This document shows, piece by piece, positions 40,406 through 50,561 of a DNA stretch of 59,859 bases. Source of the stretch: an uncultured delta proteobacterium (GTDB taxonomy: Bacteria > Desulfobacterota > Desulfomonilia > UBA1062). The first letter of the stretch is position 1. Every line of letters starts with the position of its first letter. Below the pieces are notes generated by a model. The model was not told the DNA's origin and searched no databases. It saw nothing but the letters and a program-made list of their open reading frames with translations. The translations under genes were made by a program, and so were the position numbers. The DNA lies in the NCBI GenBank assembly GCA_963752595.1, contig CAVVYZ010000029.1, positions 1 to 59,859 on the forward strand. The letters are read 5' to 3'.

Positions 40406-42016
40406 TCATGCTGCCAATATCTGCTGCAGTTCCTCCTGAATGTACTTGAGCCGGTCGATCTCTTCCTCTGTGATCTTTTCCCTGTTTTCGACCCTCTGGA
40501 TGCGCCATTTGAGGCGTTCCAGCTCGCTGAGGACCTCTGCATGGATCTGAAGCATGTCCTCGCCGATGGTGGGCTTCTCTTCCTTGGGACGCCCCACCTC
40601 GATTGGGTACTCCCTAGGCTTGAGGAACAAGGTCTCGCGCCAGCCGGGCACATAGCTCTTCAGGCCGAATCTCTCGTGTATGACATGTGCGAACTCCACG
40701 CTTGCGGAGCTCTCGCCGTGCACCACGAACACGTGGGGATTGGACTCCGTGAAATTGCCCACCCACTGCAGCAGGGCCTTCTGGTCGGCATGGGCAGAGA
40801 ACCCGCCTATGGTAAAGACCTTGGCTCTGACCGCGACTTCTTCGCGTAAGATTTTTATGGTCTTCTTTCCCTCGACGATCTGCCTGCCCGGAGAGCCTTG
40901 GGCCTGGAAGCCGACGATCACGATGCTCGCCCCTTCCTTCCAGATATTGTGCTTCAGGTGGTGCTTGATCCTTCCTGCCGTGCACATGCCGCTTCCTGCT
41001 ATGATTATGGCGGAACCATCCTGCTCATTTATTGCCGTCGACTCCGCAGGGGTCTGAGTACAGCGAAGGTTCGGCATATCGAAGGGATCAAAGCCCTGAT
41101 TCACGATGGCCATGGCTTCGTCGTCGAAGTATTTCCTGTTCTGCTTGAAAATCTCTGTCGCCTTGATAGCCAGAGGGCTGTCGAGGTATATGGGGATATC
41201 CGGGAGCCTGCCCGCCCTGTAGAACTCGTTTAAGATATAAATGATCTCCTGGGTACGCTCTACCGCGAAGGCCGGGATGATCACTTTTTCCTTGTTCGTT
41301 ACTGCGTAGTTAATTGCCTGCAGCAGCTCTTCCTTACTCGACTCAAGATCTTTGTGCTCCCTGTTTCCATAGGTGGATTCCACAAAGAGGTAATCTGCAT
41401 TGAAGATCTCCTGCGGGTGTTTGATGATGAGCTGGTTGTTCATGCCGATATCGCCGGAAAATACGAACTTGATCTCTTTACTCCCATCCTGGATCCAGAG
41501 TTCGAGGATGGAAGCACCCAGGATATGCCCTGAATTCCTCAAGCGTGCCCGGATGCCTTCCTCGACGATGATCATTTCATCACCTTCGACCGGATTGAGA
41601 TATTGCAGGCTCTTATATGCGTCTTCCGTCGTATAGAGGGGTTTGATATCCTTGAAGGCCTTGCGCCGGTTTTTTCTGGACTGCCACTGGGCATCCATTT
41701 CCTGCACATGGGCTGCATCGAGCAGCATGATCTCGCAGAGCTGGGCAGTGGGGGGAGAGGTGATGATCCGACCCTTGAACCCGTCTCTCACCAGCTTCGG
41801 AATTCTTCCGCAGTGGTCTATATGGGCATGGGTAAGAAAGAGCGTACCGACCTGCGAGGGGACGAAATCCCACTCCCTCATGTTCCGCAGCTCCATCTGC
41901 TTTCCGCCCTGGAAAAGACCGCAATCCACCAATACCTTCTTGCCCTCGGTATTCTCCACGAGAAAGCATGAACCGGTTACGCAACCTGCTGCTCCAAGGC
42001 ATGTCACCTTTATCAT
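40406..42016 (-). CDS. Metallo-beta-lactamase/beta-CASP ribonuclease
   Basis: THAHIDHCG, SGHILG, FSGDIG, ESTYG, PAFAVERTQE, GFSAHAD, VHGE. Confidence 0.93.
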   Translation of the reverse strand: MIKVTCLGAAGCVTGSCFLVENTEGKKVLVDCGLFQGGKQMELRNMREWDFVPSQVGTLFLTHAHIDHCGRIPKLVRDGFKGRIITSPPTAQLCEIMLLDAAHVQEMDAQWQSRKNRRKAFKDIKPLYTTEDAYKSLQYLNPVEGDEMIIVEEGIRARLRNSGHILGASILELWIQDGSKEIKFVFSGDIGMNNQLIIKHPQEIFNADYLFVESTYGNREHKDLESSKEELLQAINYAVTNKEKVIIPAFAVERTQEIIYILNEFYRAGRLPDIPIYLDSPLAIKATEIFKQNRKYFDDEAMAIVNQGFDPFDMPNLRCTQTPAESTAINEQDGSAIIIAGSGMCTAGRIKHHLKHNIWKEGASIVIVGFQAQGSPGRQIVEGKKTIKILREEVAVRAKVFTIGGFSAHADQKALLQWVGNFTESNPHVFVVHGESSASVEFAHVIHERFGLKSYVPGWRETLFLKPREYPIEVGRPKEEKPTIGEDMLQIHAEVLSELERLKWRIQRVENREKITEEEIDRLKYIQEELQQILAA

Positions 42017-42182
42017 AGCAAAACTCCTCTTATGATGATCGTACCCGGCAACTTAAAACGTTGCCGGAAGGTTACCTCATACACGGTATCGGGACGGGAG
42101 AGCCCGCCCTTGAATTCTAAAACCGGCTCCGGATGCCTGCTCGACAACTCCTGGAACCTTTTCGAAACTTCGCATGATGCTC

Positions 42183-42211
42183 TTGACATATAACCCGCGT
42201 TGATATTACAT
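42183..42211 (+). promoter_or_regulatory. Probable sigma70 promoter of tRNA-Leu
   Basis: TTGACA at 42183-42188 and a TGATATTACAT -10 region shortly upstream of the tRNA. Confidence 0.5.
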
Positions 42212-42223
42212 CCTCCGTTACCT

Positions 42224-42308
42224 GCCCGGGTGGCGGAATTGGTAGACGCAAGGGACTTAAAATCCCTCGGTACCTGGTACCGTGCCGGTTCGATTCCGGC
42301 CCCGGGCA
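42224..42308 (+). tRNA. tRNA-Leu (TAA), CCA not encoded
   Basis: GCCCGGG/CCCGGGC acceptor stem, D-loop TGGTAGAC, anticodon arm AGGGA-CTTAAAA-TCCCT, long variable arm, GTTCGATTC. Confidence 0.96.
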
Positions 42309-42537
42309 CATCGGTTGCCGCCTCCGGGGCAATGATCACTATACGCGAACGGCCCTGGAATGTATATGCATTTTCTCCGTGGAATGGAGGTCAACCTGCC
42401 CAAGATGCCGTCTCTTTCCTTCAACGGCCGGCACGATGTGCAGCCGGTTTGCGGCGTGCATGATATGATCTTTGGTGCTCATCTTTCCATAAATGTCGGG
42501 TACGCTGATTGGTCCGAACCGATGGGGAGAAAAAGAC

Positions 42538-43119
42538 ATGAAAAAAGTGCTTATCCTGCTTGCGAACGGATTTGAGACATACGAGGCATCGGCTTTCACC
42601 GATGTCCTGGGCTGGGCGGACTCCTTCGGGAATCACCCGATCAGCATTGTCACTGCAGGTCTCCACGAGGTTCTGGGGTGTACCTTCGGGTTCCGGGTCT
42701 TGCCGAATGAACTGGTTCACAATCTGGATCTCGATACGTTCGATGCCCTGGCCATACCAGGCGGGTTCGGAACAGCAGGCTTTTATGAAGACGCCTTTGC
42801 TGAAGAATTTCTGGATGCCATCCGTTCCTTCGATGTGAAGAAAAAGCCGATTGCATCCGTCTGTGTTGCGTCTCTGAGCCTGGGTAAGAGCGGTATTCTC
42901 AAAGGAAGGCCTGCCGTGACATACCACCTGGAAGAGCGCAAGAGAGAACAGCTCGCCCGGATGGGCGCTCATGTGCAGGACAAGATGATCGTCCGGGATG
43001 ATAACGTCATTACCTCGACATCCCCGGGCACTGCCGTCGAGGTGGCCTTCATGCTCCTTGAGATCCTAACCTCGCAGGAGAACGCCGACCATATCAAAAA
43101 GCTCATGGGCTTTCTCTAA
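42538..43119 (+). CDS. DJ-1/PfpI family protein
   Basis: GFETYE, DALAIPGG, IASVCVA, VITSTSPGTA. Confidence 0.9.
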   Translation: MKKVLILLANGFETYEASAFTDVLGWADSFGNHPISIVTAGLHEVLGCTFGFRVLPNELVHNLDLDTFDALAIPGGFGTAGFYEDAFAEEFLDAIRSFDVKKKPIASVCVASLSLGKSGILKGRPAVTYHLEERKREQLARMGAHVQDKMIVRDDNVITSTSPGTAVEVAFMLLEILTSQENADHIKKLMGFL

Positions 43120-43161
43120 GGCAGCGTCAGGAGCCATTAACGAAGTCTGAAGGACAAATGC

Positions 43162-43200
43162 AAAACCGTCACCCCATTTTCACGGGAGCGACGGTTTTTT
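43162..43200. terminator. Bidirectional terminator between convergent genes
   Basis: AAAACCGTCACCCC..GGGAGCGACGGTTTTT. Confidence 0.6.
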
Positions 43201-43231
43201 CTTCGTTATCGGATCGGCGCTGTGTTCCTTT

Positions 43232-45024
43232 CTATCCCAGCCGTTTCTTGAGCGCTTCGAACTGTGCTTCATCCTCGCGGCAGGCGGTCTCCGAACTGGG
43301 CGAAATGCTTTTCCAGGCTCGGTATCTCCGCTGTCCATGCCTCGGCATCCACGTTCAGGAGCTCCTTCATATTCTCGGTCCTTGATATTCAGACCCTTGA
43401 GATCGAGACCGGCTTCCTCGGGCAGCAGGCCAATGGCGGTTTCCCGGGCGCCGGCCTTGCCTTCAATGCGCTCGCACATCCATTTCAGCACGCGGCTGTT
43501 TTCTCCGAACCCGGGCCAGAGGAATTTTCCATCCGCGTTTTTCTGAACCAGTTCACATAGAAGATCTTCGGGGCCTTGTCTGCCCAGTTTGTCGCCCATA
43601 TCCAGCCAGTGCTGGAAATAGTCGCCCATGTTGTAGCCGCAGAAAGGCTGCATGGCAAAAGGATCGCGCCTGAGATTGCCCACGCGCCGATATTGGCGGC
43701 CGTGGTTTCCGAGGATGCCGTCGCGCCCAGAAATACGCCGTGATCCCAATTGTATGCCTCGTTCACCAGGGGAACGACACCGGCGCGCCTTCCGCCGAAG
43801 ACAAAAATATCAATGGGCACGCCTTCCGGCTTTTCCCAGTCGCTGCAGATGACCGGGCACTGCGAGGCAGGCGCGGTAAAACGGGCATTGGCATGCGCTG
43901 CGACTTCCTTGCTCTCCGGGGGCCAGTCACGGCCTTTCCAGTCAATGGCATGTGCCGGCGGCTTGCCGTCCATCCCTTCCCACCAGATATCGCCTTCATC
44001 GGTCAGGGCGCAGTTGGTGAAGATGATATTTTCCTGAAGGGTATCCATGGCCATGGGATTGGAATCATAGGATGTGCCCGGCGCCACGCCGAAGAATCCG
44101 GCTTCGGGGTTGATGGCATAGAGCCTGCCGTCCGGACCGATCTTCATCCAGGCGATATCATCGCCGATGGATTCGCACTTCCAGCCTTCGATCGTGGGCT
44201 GCAGCATGGCCAGATTGGTCTTGCCGCAGGCGGAAGGAAATGCGGCCGCGATATGATATTGCTTTCCCTTCGGGACTGGTCAGCCGCAGGATGAGCATGT
44301 GCTCGGCCATCCAGCCTTCCCGTCTTGGCCATGGCCGAGGCGATGCGCAGAGCCAGGCATTTCTTGCCGAGAAGCGCGTTGCCGCCGTAACCGGAACCGT
44401 AGGACCAGATCAGGTTTTCATCCGGGAAATGGCTGATGTATTTTTTCTCTATCGGCGCGCAGGGCCAGGAGACATCCTTCTGCCCGTGCTCAAGGGGAGC
44501 GCCGATGGAATGCAGGCAGGGAATGAACTCGCCGTTTTTCCCCGAGGCTTCCGAGAACTTTTGTCCCCACCCGGGTCATGATGTGCATGTTGCAGACAAC
44601 GTAGGGGCTGTCGGTTATCTCGATGCCGATTTTGGCAATGGGCGAGCCGATGGGCCCCATGGAAAAGGGAATCACATACATCGTGCGGCCCTTCATGCAG
44701 CCCTTGTACAGATCTTTCATGGTGGCTTTGAGTTCATCGGGCGCACCCAGTTATTCGTGGGGCCGGCATCTGTCTGCTTCAGGCGTGCTGATATAGGTCC
44801 GGTCCTCCACCCGGGCCACATCGCTCGGATCGGAACGGAACAGGAAACTGTTCGGGCCGCTTCTTCAGAGGAGTGGCGCATGCCGCTCTTGACCATCAGT
44901 GCCATCAGCCGGTCGTATTCTTCCTTGCTGCCGTCGCACCAGTAGACTCGTATCAGGCCGGCACATCTCCGGCTACTTCCTGAACCCATTGTTGAAGCTT
45001 TTCATGTTTGCTTATTGCACTCAT
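43232..45024 (-). CDS. pckG: GTP-dependent phosphoenolpyruvate carboxykinase with multiple frameshifts
   Basis: [61 protein letters not shown] and WPGFGEN.RVL are spread over several frames; about full length. Confidence 0.88.
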
Positions 45025-45145
45025 AACCCAATCGTTCCCCTTTCATCAGAAATCGAGTGCCGTATTATAACGAATGAATAGCCAATTTTCAATACAAGTT
45101 TTCGAGTCTTAGAGAAATACTCTTCTATTAAGGAATCGTTTCATA

Positions 45146-45257
45146 GTCATTCCTCATGCCGGCATGGCAACATATGAGCGAATCCCGCCATTTCAAGACA
45201 TGGTCCGAGTATTTTTACGGCAACAATATTTAGTTTTGCCGTTTCAGACGGAATGAC
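45146..45257. repeat. Degenerate GTCATTCC...GGAATGAC palindromic intergenic element
   Basis: 8-bp terminal inverted repeat and internal hairpin ACGGCAAC..TTTGCCGT. Confidence 0.4.
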
Positions 45258-45343
45258 CGAGCGAGGAATACAATGGATCGACCGGTAAAAGGCCCTCAAC
45301 CCTTTCCGGGGATCTTACGGGGAAAGGCACGGAGCATGCCTGG

Positions 45344-46021
45344 TTACGTCTGCTCACCTGATGCAAGGGATTCCAGGGCCGGCCTGTCCAGGACCCTTAT
45401 GGTTCTGCCGTCCAATGCCAGGATGCCGTCATCGGAAAGCTTGCGGAGGACCCGGGAAAGGGTCTCTGGCGTGGCACCGATGATCTTCGCCAGTTCCCTC
45501 TGGGAGAAGCGCAGCTCGATGAGCTCTTCCTGCCCATCTTTCACCAGGGAATGCGAGAGAAAGACGGCCAGCCGCTGGGGGATCTCCTTCAGAGAGAGGG
45601 TCTCGATGAGGGTCAGTGATTCTTTGAGCCGCCTGGAGAGTGCCAGCAGGAGGCCGAAGAGCATCGACGGCTCCTTCCTGGCCACTTCGGCCATCACTTC
45701 AGCCGGGAAAAAGAGGATGCGGGTATCCTCCAGGGCCATGGCGCTTGCGGGGGCTAATTCTTCTGAAAGGGCGGTAAGACAGAAGAGCTCGCCCGGCCCG
45801 AAGATGAAGATGGTCTGCTCCCTGCCTTCCGGAGAGCTCTTGAAGATCTTCACACTCCCCCACACCATAAGATAAATGCCTTCCGAGTGCTGCATGTCTT
45901 CAAAGAGCATCCTGCCCGGTCGCAGGCTCTTCTCCCTGCCGCATCCGGCCAGAATTCCTACCTGCTCGTCCGGCAGGCCTGCAAACAACGGGATATGCCG
46001 CAATACCTCAAATGTATCCAT
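45344..46021 (-). CDS. Crp/Fnr-family regulator (lacks FNR N-terminal cysteines; Dnr/HcpR-like)
   Basis: cNMP-binding fold (GSVKIFK..EGREQ..GPGELF) and HTH LAKIIGATPETLSR. Confidence 0.92.
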   Translation of the reverse strand: MDTFEVLRHIPLFAGLPDEQVGILAGCGREKSLRPGRMLFEDMQHSEGIYLMVWGSVKIFKSSPEGREQTIFIFGPGELFCLTALSEELAPASAMALEDTRILFFPAEVMAEVARKEPSMLFGLLLALSRRLKESLTLIETLSLKEIPQRLAVFLSHSLVKDGQEELIELRFSQRELAKIIGATPETLSRVLRKLSDDGILALDGRTIRVLDRPALESLASGEQT

Positions 46022-46044
46022 TCATTCCTTTTTCTCTCTTTTTC

Positions 46045-46058
46045 TTGATATAGATCAA
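46045..46058. promoter_or_regulatory. Perfect FNR/Dnr-type box
   Basis: TTGAT-ATAG-ATCAA between the divergent regulator and selenoprotein genes. Confidence 0.8.
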
Positions 46059-46139
46059 TGTATTTTTATTGCGACCGGCCGAAATATGATACTACAAGTC
46101 TTACCAGTAAGAGAACCTCTATGAAAGGAGATAACATTG

Positions 46140-46433
46140 ATGGTTACGATAACCGAAGCCGGCAGGAAGCAGCTGAATAAGCTTTTCAAGAGCAAGACGA
46201 ACCCGACTTTACGGATATACATGACTTATGGCTGAGGCGGCCCGCAACTGCGGCTGGCTCAGGATGAGCCAAAAGACGGCGATCACCGGTACGAGATCGA
46301 CGGGTACAGCTTCATCATCGCGCAGGACCTTCAGCCCCTTGCAGGCAACGTTACCATTGACGGCTCGCTCATCGGGATCAAGGTGAATTCGGACCTGAAC
46401 CCGAAAGATGCAAAAGGCTGTTGCTCTCATTAG
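46140..46433 (+). CDS. HesB/IscA-like selenoprotein (Sec at codon 32); absent from the ORF track
   Basis: RBS AAGGAG; MVTITEAG..LRIYMTYG-TGA(46233-46235)-GGPQLRLAQDEPKDGD..IDGYSFII..GCCSH*; SECIS-like hairpin TGGCTCA-GGA-TGAGCCA downstream of the UGA. Confidence 0.88.
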
Positions 46434-46537
46434 ATTTAATCAGGAAAGACACGGGTGGCTCCTCTTAGGATAAACCCGTGTCGCCATTGAACGCGTAAGG
46501 ACTTGAGATTTCTTCGCCCTGAAGTATTGATAATGCA

Positions 46538-47572
46538 TTGATGGGTGAAGAAAAAAGACCGGTTCTCCTGCGGATCATCCTTTCTCTCACAATCCCTTCC
46601 CTCGTTCTTGTAGCTCTGTATTTTACAAGCCTCTCCAGCTATCTTCTTTTCCACAGTCTTGCCGAGATCTTCAGCATTATCGCGGCCGCAGGCATATTCA
46701 CCATTGCCTGGAACTCGAAGGAGCTCACCTCGAACGGATACATCCTCATTCTCGGAGTTGCCTACCTGTTCGTGGGAGTGCTGGACGTCTTCCATACCCT
46801 CACCTATAAGGGGATGGGGATTTTCGAGAGTACCGGCTCCAATCAGACAACCCAGCTATGGATTGCTGCACGGTATATGCAGGGCATAACGCTCCTCATC
46901 GCTGCATTCTTCACCCGAAGAATCATACAGAGGCCCTACGTCCTGTTCTCCCTCTACTTGTTCATCACCGCTGCACTGATCGGAAGCATCTTCATCTGGA
47001 GGATCTTCCCGGACAGCTTCATCGAGCCCGGCGGCTTCACACCATTCAAGATGGTCAGCGAGTACATCATCTCCTTCGTGCTCATGGCTGCCATATTCGT
47101 GATGTACAAAAGACGCTCGGATTTCGAGCCCCTGGTCATGGCAATGATCATTGCATCCATTGCCGCCATGATCGCCTCTGAGCTCTTTTTCACCCTTTAT
47201 GCAGACAACGTGTACGGTGAAGCCAACCTCATCGGGCATTTCTTAAAGATCATCTCGTTCTTCTTCATCTACAAGGCGATGATAGAGGTAAGCCTGAAGC
47301 GTCCCTACACCATGCTTTTCAGGGATCTGAAAAACTCTGAAGAAGAGCTCATCAGAGAAAAAAAGATGCTTGAAGAAGCGCTGGGCCATATAAAAACACT
47401 CAAAGGCATGCTCCCTATCTGTGCAGGCTGCAAGAAAATCCGGGACGACAGCGGCTACTGGAACCAGATCGAGTCCTATATCAGCGATCACTCGGAGGCC
47501 GAATTCAGCCACAGCATCTGTCCGGAGTGCGCTAACAAGCTCTATACCAAATTCCTCAAGATCGAAGCATAG
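46538..47572 (+). CDS. MASE3 membrane-sensor protein with C-terminal Cys-rich domain
   Basis: YLLFHSLAEIFS, DVFHTLTYKGM, QLWIAARY, NLIGHFLK; tail LPICAGCKKIRDDSGYW..FSHSICPEC. Confidence 0.85.
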   Translation: MMGEEKRPVLLRIILSLTIPSLVLVALYFTSLSSYLLFHSLAEIFSIIAAAGIFTIAWNSKELTSNGYILILGVAYLFVGVLDVFHTLTYKGMGIFESTGSNQTTQLWIAARYMQGITLLIAAFFTRRIIQRPYVLFSLYLFITAALIGSIFIWRIFPDSFIEPGGFTPFKMVSEYIISFVLMAAIFVMYKRRSDFEPLVMAMIIASIAAMIASELFFTLYADNVYGEANLIGHFLKIISFFFIYKAMIEVSLKRPYTMLFRDLKNSEEELIREKKMLEEALGHIKTLKGMLPICAGCKKIRDDSGYWNQIESYISDHSEAEFSHSICPECANKLYTKFLKIEA

Positions 47573-47755
47573 CGAAGCCTCCAAGAAAACCAGAGCGCCG
47601 GCGATGGAAGCTTGGGTGATTTTTCATGAGGTCTGTCTATTGTTTCCCGATCCCATCTCATGTAAATACGTACCCATGAGGCCATGGCCTGCTTTGTGGC
47701 GAGGACAATGAAGGCGTAACAGCGCCAAGAGTTTATTTCATAAGGGAGCGGTCGA

Positions 47756-48301
47756 ATGTCATTGGATGTATCCGGTGCAAAAGCGAGTGGCATGATCCGG
47801 CCCTGCACCGCCGCGGACATCGATGCCGTGTATGAGATCATCAATGACGGGGCTTCGGCATACCGGGGTATCATCCCTGCGGACCGGCTGCACGAGCCGT
47901 ACATGGACATGGATGAACTCCGTTTCGAGATCAGAGACGGGGTAGTATTCTTCGGATATGAAGAAGCCTCCGGACTCCTTGGTGTCATGGGGCTGCAGGA
48001 CAAGGGAGAAGTCTGCCTCATCCGCCATGCCTATGTCAGAAGCGCGTGGAGAAGAAAAGGCATCGGTGCCGAGCTTCTCGGATATCTGGAAAAGCTCACC
48101 TCAAAGCCGGTGCTGATGGGCACCTGGAAGGATGCCCACTGGGCGGTCCGGTTCTATGAGAAATACGGGTACAGGCTGGTTGAACCTAAAACGAAAGACC
48201 GGCTGCTCCGCACGTACTGGAAAATCCCGGAGAGGCAGGTGGAGACGTCGGTGGTCCTTGCAAATGACGCTGGGTTCAAGTCGCTTCAGGCAGGCCGGTA
48301 A
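47756..48301 (+). CDS. GNAT N-acetyltransferase
   Basis: HAYV..RRKGIG, AVRFYEKYGY. Confidence 0.88.
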   Translation: MSLDVSGAKASGMIRPCTAADIDAVYEIINDGASAYRGIIPADRLHEPYMDMDELRFEIRDGVVFFGYEEASGLLGVMGLQDKGEVCLIRHAYVRSAWRRKGIGAELLGYLEKLTSKPVLMGTWKDAHWAVRFYEKYGYRLVEPKTKDRLLRTYWKIPERQVETSVVLANDAGFKSLQAGR

Positions 48302-48355
48302 GATCCCTTCGAGCTTGAAACATTCCTCTGCTCTGGTGTATGGAGAGACGAGCTT

Positions 48356-48844
48356 ATGTCGAAGGTCGAGCATCCCATAACGAGTGCTGTTCGGTTCTTG
48401 CGGGCGAACAGGATAGAGTTCATCCCCCGCCTCTACCCGTACGCGGATCATGGAGGGACCGCCCGTGCTGCAGAAATGCTTGGAGTCCCGGAGCACCGGA
48501 TCATAAAGACCCTCGTGATGGAGATCGACCAGAGGCACCCCATCATCATCCTGATGCATGGTGACTGTGAGGTGTCTACCAAAGGGCTTGCCAGGCAGAT
48601 CGGCGTCAAGCAGGTAAGCCCGTGCGATATGAAGACGGCCGAGAGACATACCGGCTACCAGGTGGGAGGCATCAGTCCCTTCGGCACAAGGGTCAGGTTT
48701 AAGGTTTATGTGGAGTCTTCCATCCTCGATCTTGATAGAATCTATATTAACGGCGGGAAAAGGGGCTTTCTGGTTGAAATGACTCCCGGAGACATGGAAA
48801 AGGCCCTCGCCCCTGAAAAAGTCCACGTTGCCATACTGTCATGA
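48356..48844 (+). CDS. ybaK: YbaK/EbsC Cys-tRNA(Pro) deacylase
   Basis: IIKTLV, TGYQVGGISPFG, INGGKRG. Confidence 0.9.
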   Translation: MSKVEHPITSAVRFLRANRIEFIPRLYPYADHGGTARAAEMLGVPEHRIIKTLVMEIDQRHPIIILMHGDCEVSTKGLARQIGVKQVSPCDMKTAERHTGYQVGGISPFGTRVRFKVYVESSILDLDRIYINGGKRGFLVEMTPGDMEKALAPEKVHVAILS

Positions 48845-48930
48845 AGAGGTGAACCAATGTCAACCCCACACATCCTTCATGTCTGCATCTCCTGCTGCCG
48901 GGATAGAGAAAAGCTCCATGCGGAAGGCCG

Positions 48931-50424
48931 TTGATGAAACGTTTGCGGCACGCCCACCCCAACCTGCTTGAGATCAATACCTTTCTGTTCATGACGAGGA
49001 TGCGACAGAAGTACGATGCTCAGACCACCCTGGGGACCGTCCCCCGCCGCGAATGGGAAGAGCTCGCTGCCAAGGGTTTTGCACTGATCTGGCTTATGGG
49101 GGTATGGGAGCGCAGCCCGGGCTCCAGGGAATGCGCCCTCAGTGAAAACGGATTGAGGAAGGCATACGGTACTGCACTTCCCGGGTGGACCGATAGCGAT
49201 GTGAAAGGCTCACCCTATGCCGTACACTCCTATAGGCTTGACAAAAGCCTCGGAAGCGAACAGGACCTCCTCCAGCTCAAATATACACTGAACGAGCTCG
49301 GCATGGGTCTTATCCTCGATTTCATACCGAACCATACGGCGCTGGACCATCCCTGGGTACAGAGCAATCCGGAGATGTTCATCCAGGGGACGGTTCAGGA
49401 TCTTGCACAGGACCCGACGCTATTTTTCGAGACCGGAAGCGGAACTATTTTCGCCCATGGAAGAGATCCCCACTTTCCGGCCTGGCAGGATACGGCCCAG
49501 ATCAATTATTTTTCATCCTCTGCGCGCGCAGCGCTCCTGAGGGAACTCAAGAGGATTGCACGGTACGCGGACGGTGTCAGATGCGACATGTCCATGCTCG
49601 TGCTGAATGAGGTCTTCGAAAAGACCTGGGGTACGTACATTCACGGGCATGTTCAGCCTGAGAGAGAATTCTGGGCCGATGCCATACAGGAGGTCAAGGG
49701 AGCATGTCCTGCGTTCCTCTTCACGGCAGAAGCCTACTGGGATCTTGAATACAGCCTCCAGCAGCTCGGGTTTGACTACACATACGATAAGCGGCTCTAC
49801 GATCTCATGCTCAACACTTCGACACGGGAGATCAGACGCCACCTCCTGGGCGACATGAATTACCAGAAAAAATGCATCCGTTTCATCGAAAACCATGACG
49901 AGCCGAGGGCCGCAGCGGTATTCGGCAAGGAGCGATCGTGTGCGGCTGCCGTCATTATGGCAACAATCCCGGGGCTTCACCTTTTCCATGAAGGACAGCT
50001 TGAGGGCAATACCCTCCGCGTGCCGGTCCAACTGTCTGATAAGGAAGAAGAATCGACAGATCCGGATATAAAAGACTTCTACGAGCGTCTGCTCGCCTTT
50101 ACCTCGGGCGAACCCCTTGCGACAGGGATATGGATCCCTCTGGACATCCGGCCTGCCTGGGAAGGAAACTGGAGCTGTGAAAACCTCATCGCGTGGATAT
50201 GGCATGACGAAAACATGCTGAAGCTCGTATGCGTCAACTATTCCGGGTCCGTTTCACAGGGCAGGCTTCGCATTCCTCTCAGACATATCCAGGCAGGACC
50301 TCTTACCTTCCGCGACGTACTCACTGAGGAAATCTATGTGCGCACCACGGATGAGGTCATCGGAGGCGGTCTTTTTGTCGAGCTCGGCCCCTGGAAATCC
50401 CACCTCCTGGACCTCCTTGCCTGA
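48931..50424 (+). CDS. Alpha-amylase family (GH13) glycoside hydrolase
   Basis: GSPYA, LDFIPNH, DGVRCDM, AEAY and ENHD catalytic regions. Confidence 0.9.
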   Translation: MMKRLRHAHPNLLEINTFLFMTRMRQKYDAQTTLGTVPRREWEELAAKGFALIWLMGVWERSPGSRECALSENGLRKAYGTALPGWTDSDVKGSPYAVHSYRLDKSLGSEQDLLQLKYTLNELGMGLILDFIPNHTALDHPWVQSNPEMFIQGTVQDLAQDPTLFFETGSGTIFAHGRDPHFPAWQDTAQINYFSSSARAALLRELKRIARYADGVRCDMSMLVLNEVFEKTWGTYIHGHVQPEREFWADAIQEVKGACPAFLFTAEAYWDLEYSLQQLGFDYTYDKRLYDLMLNTSTREIRRHLLGDMNYQKKCIRFIENHDEPRAAAVFGKERSCAAAVIMATIPGLHLFHEGQLEGNTLRVPVQLSDKEEESTDPDIKDFYERLLAFTSGEPLATGIWIPLDIRPAWEGNWSCENLIAWIWHDENMLKLVCVNYSGSVSQGRLRIPLRHIQAGPLTFRDVLTEEIYVRTTDEVIGGGLFVELGPWKSHLLDLLA

Positions 50425-50561
50425 TCATCATCCAAGGTACCATTTTGTTTTATATTGATAACTTGGAATGATAATGATAGTGAATTTTCAATACTATACT
50501 TTTGCTTTGCTGCAAATGATCCGAATGGACTCATGTAAGGCATGCATTCGGGGCTGATCCG

